Below are positions 61,673-64,000 of a stretch of DNA of 64,000 nt, one piece after another. This DNA comes from Terriglobia bacterium (GTDB lineage: Bacteria; Acidobacteriota; Terriglobia; Bryobacterales; Bryobacteraceae), in NCBI GenBank assembly GCA_963719785.1, contig CAVRCX010000007.1, positions 243,414 through 307,413 of the forward strand, in the 5' to 3' direction. Numbering within the stretch: the stretch's first letter is position 1; every line of letters starts with the position of its first letter. The notes under the pieces were generated by a model. That model made no database searches and was not told the origin of the DNA. It worked only from the letters and a program-made list of their open reading frames with translations. The position numbers and the translations under genes are program-made.

Positions 61673-62110
61673 TTACTTAGGAGGATCAAAGTACAGGTCG
61701 AAACCGATGTTGAGGTGTCGATCCGTCAGCAATTTGGAGACTTCAGCCGAAATTCCGAAGCCGCGGTTGGAAGAAGCCATGAAAATGCCGCAGAAGACAT
61801 CCACTTTAAATGTGCTTGTTAGAGTAGCCCACAGATTGGCGTCAGATGGCAGTCGAGCCAACAGCATTTTGACACCGTCTTCTACGTCGTCTCGTTCGTC
61901 GCAGTCTTTCGACTCGATCGTCAACGACCAGCGGCCCTTGGTGGCAATCCGACTGCCGTCGCCCATGGAAACCGGAAGGCCCTTCCGCTCTGCCACTGTT
62001 GGGGCACAGCCGAAAAGGGCCGAAATTTGATCGGGATCAAGTTCTTCACCGTAAATGCGCAGCGTGATCTTAAACCTGTCAACCGGTCCGCCGAACCACA
62101 GTGTGCCTTC
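61673..62110 (-). CDS. DUF4279 domain protein (possibly 5'-incomplete), sandwiched between the two IS21 copies
   Basis: ...ITLRIYGEELDPDQISALFGCAPTVAERKGLP...GRWSLTIESKD...MLLARLPSDANLWATLTSTFKVDVFCGIFMASSNRGFGISAEVSKLLTDRHLNIGFDLYFD matches the DUF4279 architecture. No in-frame ATG precedes the domain. The listed ORF (to 62401) has a low-complexity Arg-rich N-terminus that is probably not translated. Confidence 0.55.
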   Translation of the reverse strand, partial: EGTLWFGGPVDRFKITLRIYGEELDPDQISALFGCAPTVAERKGLPVSMGDGSRIATKGRWSLTIESKDCDERDDVEDGVKMLLARLPSDANLWATLTSTFKVDVFCGIFMASSNRGFGISAEVSKLLTDRHLNIGFDLYFDPPK

Positions 62111-62403
62111 GGGTGCACCCTCAGGAGGCCTGCGCGATATTTTGTGAGTCGGTGGCACCAGGCCAGTATAAGGCAAGATCCACTCCCGTTCCCATGATCG
62201 GTATCGAGTCGCTTTGATGACAAGCCAAGAAGCCGTACCAGGCTTCGGGCCGAGCGCTCTTCGCGCTCGGGGTGACTGCGTGCTGAGGCGGGGACAAGGG
62301 CTGCGCCCCTTTCCCCGCGCCCCTTTCTCCGCTAGCGGCGCTCTTCCTCCGCTTCGCTTCGGATAAGTTTCTCTTGACGAAGCCGAACACTTTTTGCACA
62401 ATT

Positions 62404-62475
62404 GAAATGCCAGCGTCGCTACGCTCCGATGGTGTTCGGATTCATCCCGGAATGCCGTTCGGATTCCTGTCGGAA
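62404..62475 (+). repeat. Three degenerate tandem repeats of about 23 bp (GTTCGGATTCnnnnCGGAATGnn). This is probably the multi-repeat terminal region of an IS21-family element (IstA binding sites).
   Basis: GTTCGGATTCATCCCGGAATGCC / GTTCGGATTCCTGTCGGAATGAGC / GTTCAGCTTCACCGGAATCC. IS21-family termini characteristically carry multiple direct repeats inside their terminal inverted repeats. Confidence 0.35.
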
Positions 62476-62892
62476 TGAGCGTTCAGCTTCACCGGAATCC
62501 CCAACAACCCAGAAATCACGGAAGTTGTCACCCGGCTAATGCGCAATCAGGTATACGCGAATATTCAGCACGACGCTTAATCTCGCAGCACTGGAGCTTT
62601 AATAGAGGGCGAAGTGGCCGAAGTGTCAATACCGGTTGAAAATTCCCCATTCTGCCGGTTGAAAAGTAGTCCACCTGGCGGAGATGAAGGTTTACAGTTT
62701 CAGCCGGCGGGTCGAAAATGGAACCGGCTGGTGAAGCGGAGGTGGGCTCTGGTGGAGACCAACCCGCCAAGGAATAACTGGCCGCAAACTCATCAAGACG
62801 ATGGGATCGGGGGTGAAGCCGACAAGGGCCTCGCCTCCGCTCTGAAGCAAAGAACACATCGGATTGATAGATTTGCCGATGCCTCAAAAAAC

Positions 62893-63717
62893 TCATAACG
62901 AATGGTGCCGTTTGCCGCGACCGGTCGGGGCGGCAGCAGAAGATTCTGGCTGTTGTTGATCCGGAAGCGGAATCAGCCCGGCTTTGCGGCGTTCTTTCAG
63001 CCGGTAGCTTTCGCCGCGGATGTTCACCGTCGTTGAATGATGGAGCAGGCGGTCGAGGATCGCAGTCGCGATGATCGGGTCGCCGAAGATCGAGCCCCAT
63101 TCGCCGTAGCTCTTGTTGGAAGTGAGAATGATGCTTCCTCGTTCGTAACGGGCGCTGATCAGCTGGAAGAAAATCGTCGCGCCCAGATCGTCGAGCGGCA
63201 GATATCCCATCTCGTCGATGATGAGGACTTTCGGGGCGAGATAGATTCGCAACCGGCGATCCAGCCGTCCTTCGCGGTAAGCTCGCCCCAGATCCGTCAC
63301 CAGATCGTGAGCGGTCATGAAGTACGCGGCCTGTCCGGACTGAATCGACGTTTCCGCCAGGGCCACGGCCAGATGAGTTTTTCCGACGCCGGGCGGTCCC
63401 AGCAGGATCACATTGGAAGCTTCATGCACGAACCGCAGCGTGCGCAGTTCGCGGATCTGCCGCTCGTCGATCGATGGCTGAAAACCAAAATCGAACTGGT
63501 CGAACGTTTTCACGTATGGCAGGTGTGCCAGTTGCAGTCGCGTCTTCAGGTACCGTTGTTTTCGCGCGTCCGCTTCCGCGCTCATGACTTCGAGCAGGAA
63601 GTCCGCATAAGACGGTTCTTTCTTTGAAGCGGCTTCGAGCAAAGCTTCCAGACGGGCATCGATGGCAGTCAGATTCAGTCCGGTCAGCGTGGTTCGCAAA
63701 CGATCGAGGGGAGTCAT
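62893..63717 (-). CDS. istB: IS21-family helper ATPase IstB (copy 2)
   Basis: Walker A GPPGVGKTH, ...VLIIDEMGY... Walker B, and an IstB C-terminus. Confidence 0.85.
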   Translation of the reverse strand: MTPLDRLRTTLTGLNLTAIDARLEALLEAASKKEPSYADFLLEVMSAEADARKQRYLKTRLQLAHLPYVKTFDQFDFGFQPSIDERQIRELRTLRFVHEASNVILLGPPGVGKTHLAVALAETSIQSGQAAYFMTAHDLVTDLGRAYREGRLDRRLRIYLAPKVLIIDEMGYLPLDDLGATIFFQLISARYERGSIILTSNKSYGEWGSIFGDPIIATAILDRLLHHSTTVNIRGESYRLKERRKAGLIPLPDQQQPESSAAAPTGRGKRHHSL

Positions 63718-64000
63718 CGGCGGCCTCCGATGGCGAGGCTTTCATATGCGGCCAGAGGTCGACGCTCCACGACAGGTGCGCTCTGCTCGATATGGATCAG
63801 GGTCTTGCCGTGCTGATTGCTTCCCAGCGGTATGCCCGCATGGTGATCGGTGAGCGTGATCACCTGATGATGTCGCACTGCCTGCACATGCACCGCAATG
63901 CGGTCGGCGCCGTAGCGGACTTCGACGTAACGGCCGTGATCGCGCACCCAGACCTCTTTGCCCGCGTACTGCCACGGCACCGAGTATCGGCTGCCGTGCC
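63714..64000 (-). CDS. istA: IS21-family transposase IstA (copy 2), C-terminal part only. The gene continues past the window end.
   Basis: ...GKEVWVRDHGRYVEVRYGADRIAVH... is typical of an IstA C-terminus. Its stop overlaps the istB start. Confidence 0.8.
   Translation of the reverse strand, partial: HGSRYSVPWQYAGKEVWVRDHGRYVEVRYGADRIAVHVQAVRHHQVITLTDHHAGIPLGSNQHGKTLIHIEQSAPVVERRPLAAYESLAIGGRR

Larger units (their letters stand above)
62395..64000 (-). mobile_element. Second, distinct IS21-family element (copy 2), which continues beyond the window end
   Basis: istA (C-terminus only in window) and istB on the minus strand with an ATGA overlap. Its IstB is only distantly related to the copy-1 IstB. 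Confidence 0.55.

Noticed and set aside
61620-61780. The CCGAAATTCCGAAGCC repeat, considered as an IS21 copy-1 right terminus
   Set aside because: It lies inside the DUF4279 coding region and more than 140 bp beyond where a terminus would need to be. It is more likely coincidental. The copy-1 terminus is left unresolved.
1-64000. A search for CRISPR arrays, rRNA genes, riboswitches and T-box leaders
   Set aside because: No regularly spaced direct repeats of 24 to 48 bp were seen. No 16S, 23S or 5S signatures were seen. The leaders of the folE, serC and queA operons are too short, or lack the conserved riboswitch cores I know. None called.

Overview
This is a high-GC chromosomal segment that looks acidobacterial: it carries a TIGR03437/Solibacter-type C-terminal domain, a PEP-CTERM protein and many FG-GAP/Ig surface repeats. 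I read about 75 coding genes from the six-frame track by motif recognition. No alignment, fold search, GC computation or tRNA covariance search was run.

The housekeeping backbone has three parts. One is a long minus-strand translation/tRNA-modification cluster: ttcA, a methyltransferase with an unknown C-terminal domain, an ABC-F ATPase, queA, prfB with its programmed +1 frameshift, tsaC, then a type IV pilin gene. The second is serC-like/serA, a UDP-xylose synthase, folE with two tandem PTPS/QueD paralogs, the futalosine genes mqnP-like and mqnC/E, and yggX. The third is a seven-gene Mrp/Mnh cation/H+ antiporter cluster in the order E-F-G-B'-B-C-D with no MrpA, plus an MscS channel, a porin-like outer-membrane protein, and OPT and MFS transporters.

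Accessory and mobile content is dense.
- **Toxin-antitoxin modules.** There is a HigB-2/HigA-2 pair with an 11-bp operator palindrome, a VapBC pair and an orphan ParD-like antitoxin.
- **Insertion sequences.** A SWIM-zinc-finger DDE transposase IS sits immediately upstream of vapB, beside a 76-nt tRNA-like remnant. A separate truncated IS21 copy and a second, different IS21 copy bracket a DUF4279 gene.
- **Degraded integron-like island.** tRNA-Ser(CGA) abuts a truncated tyrosine integrase, followed by a small degraded island that holds a PEP-CTERM protein.
- **Decayed elements.** There is a tRNA-Val(GAC)-like gene with a poor acceptor stem and a multiply frameshifted GH28-like pseudogene.

Candidate novel or under-described units, most interesting first:
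1. A lower-GC two-gene cassette of unknown proteins beside HigBA (15615..17198).
2. An autoregulated XRE / His-rich NfeD / flotillin / PspA membrane-stress module (27280..30483).
3. A Uma2 endonuclease / small protein / AbiEii-like nucleotidyltransferase trio (38189..39523).
4. A low-GC divergent gene pair next to the tRNA-like remnant (26487..27213).
5. A roughly 280-bp imperfect palindrome formed by two divergent paralogous small ORFs (58947..59475).
6. An unannotated metallothionein-like 48-aa ORF (22532..22678).

No CRISPR array and no rRNA were seen. Coordinates derived from reading the sequence lines rather than the ORF table may be off by a base or two.
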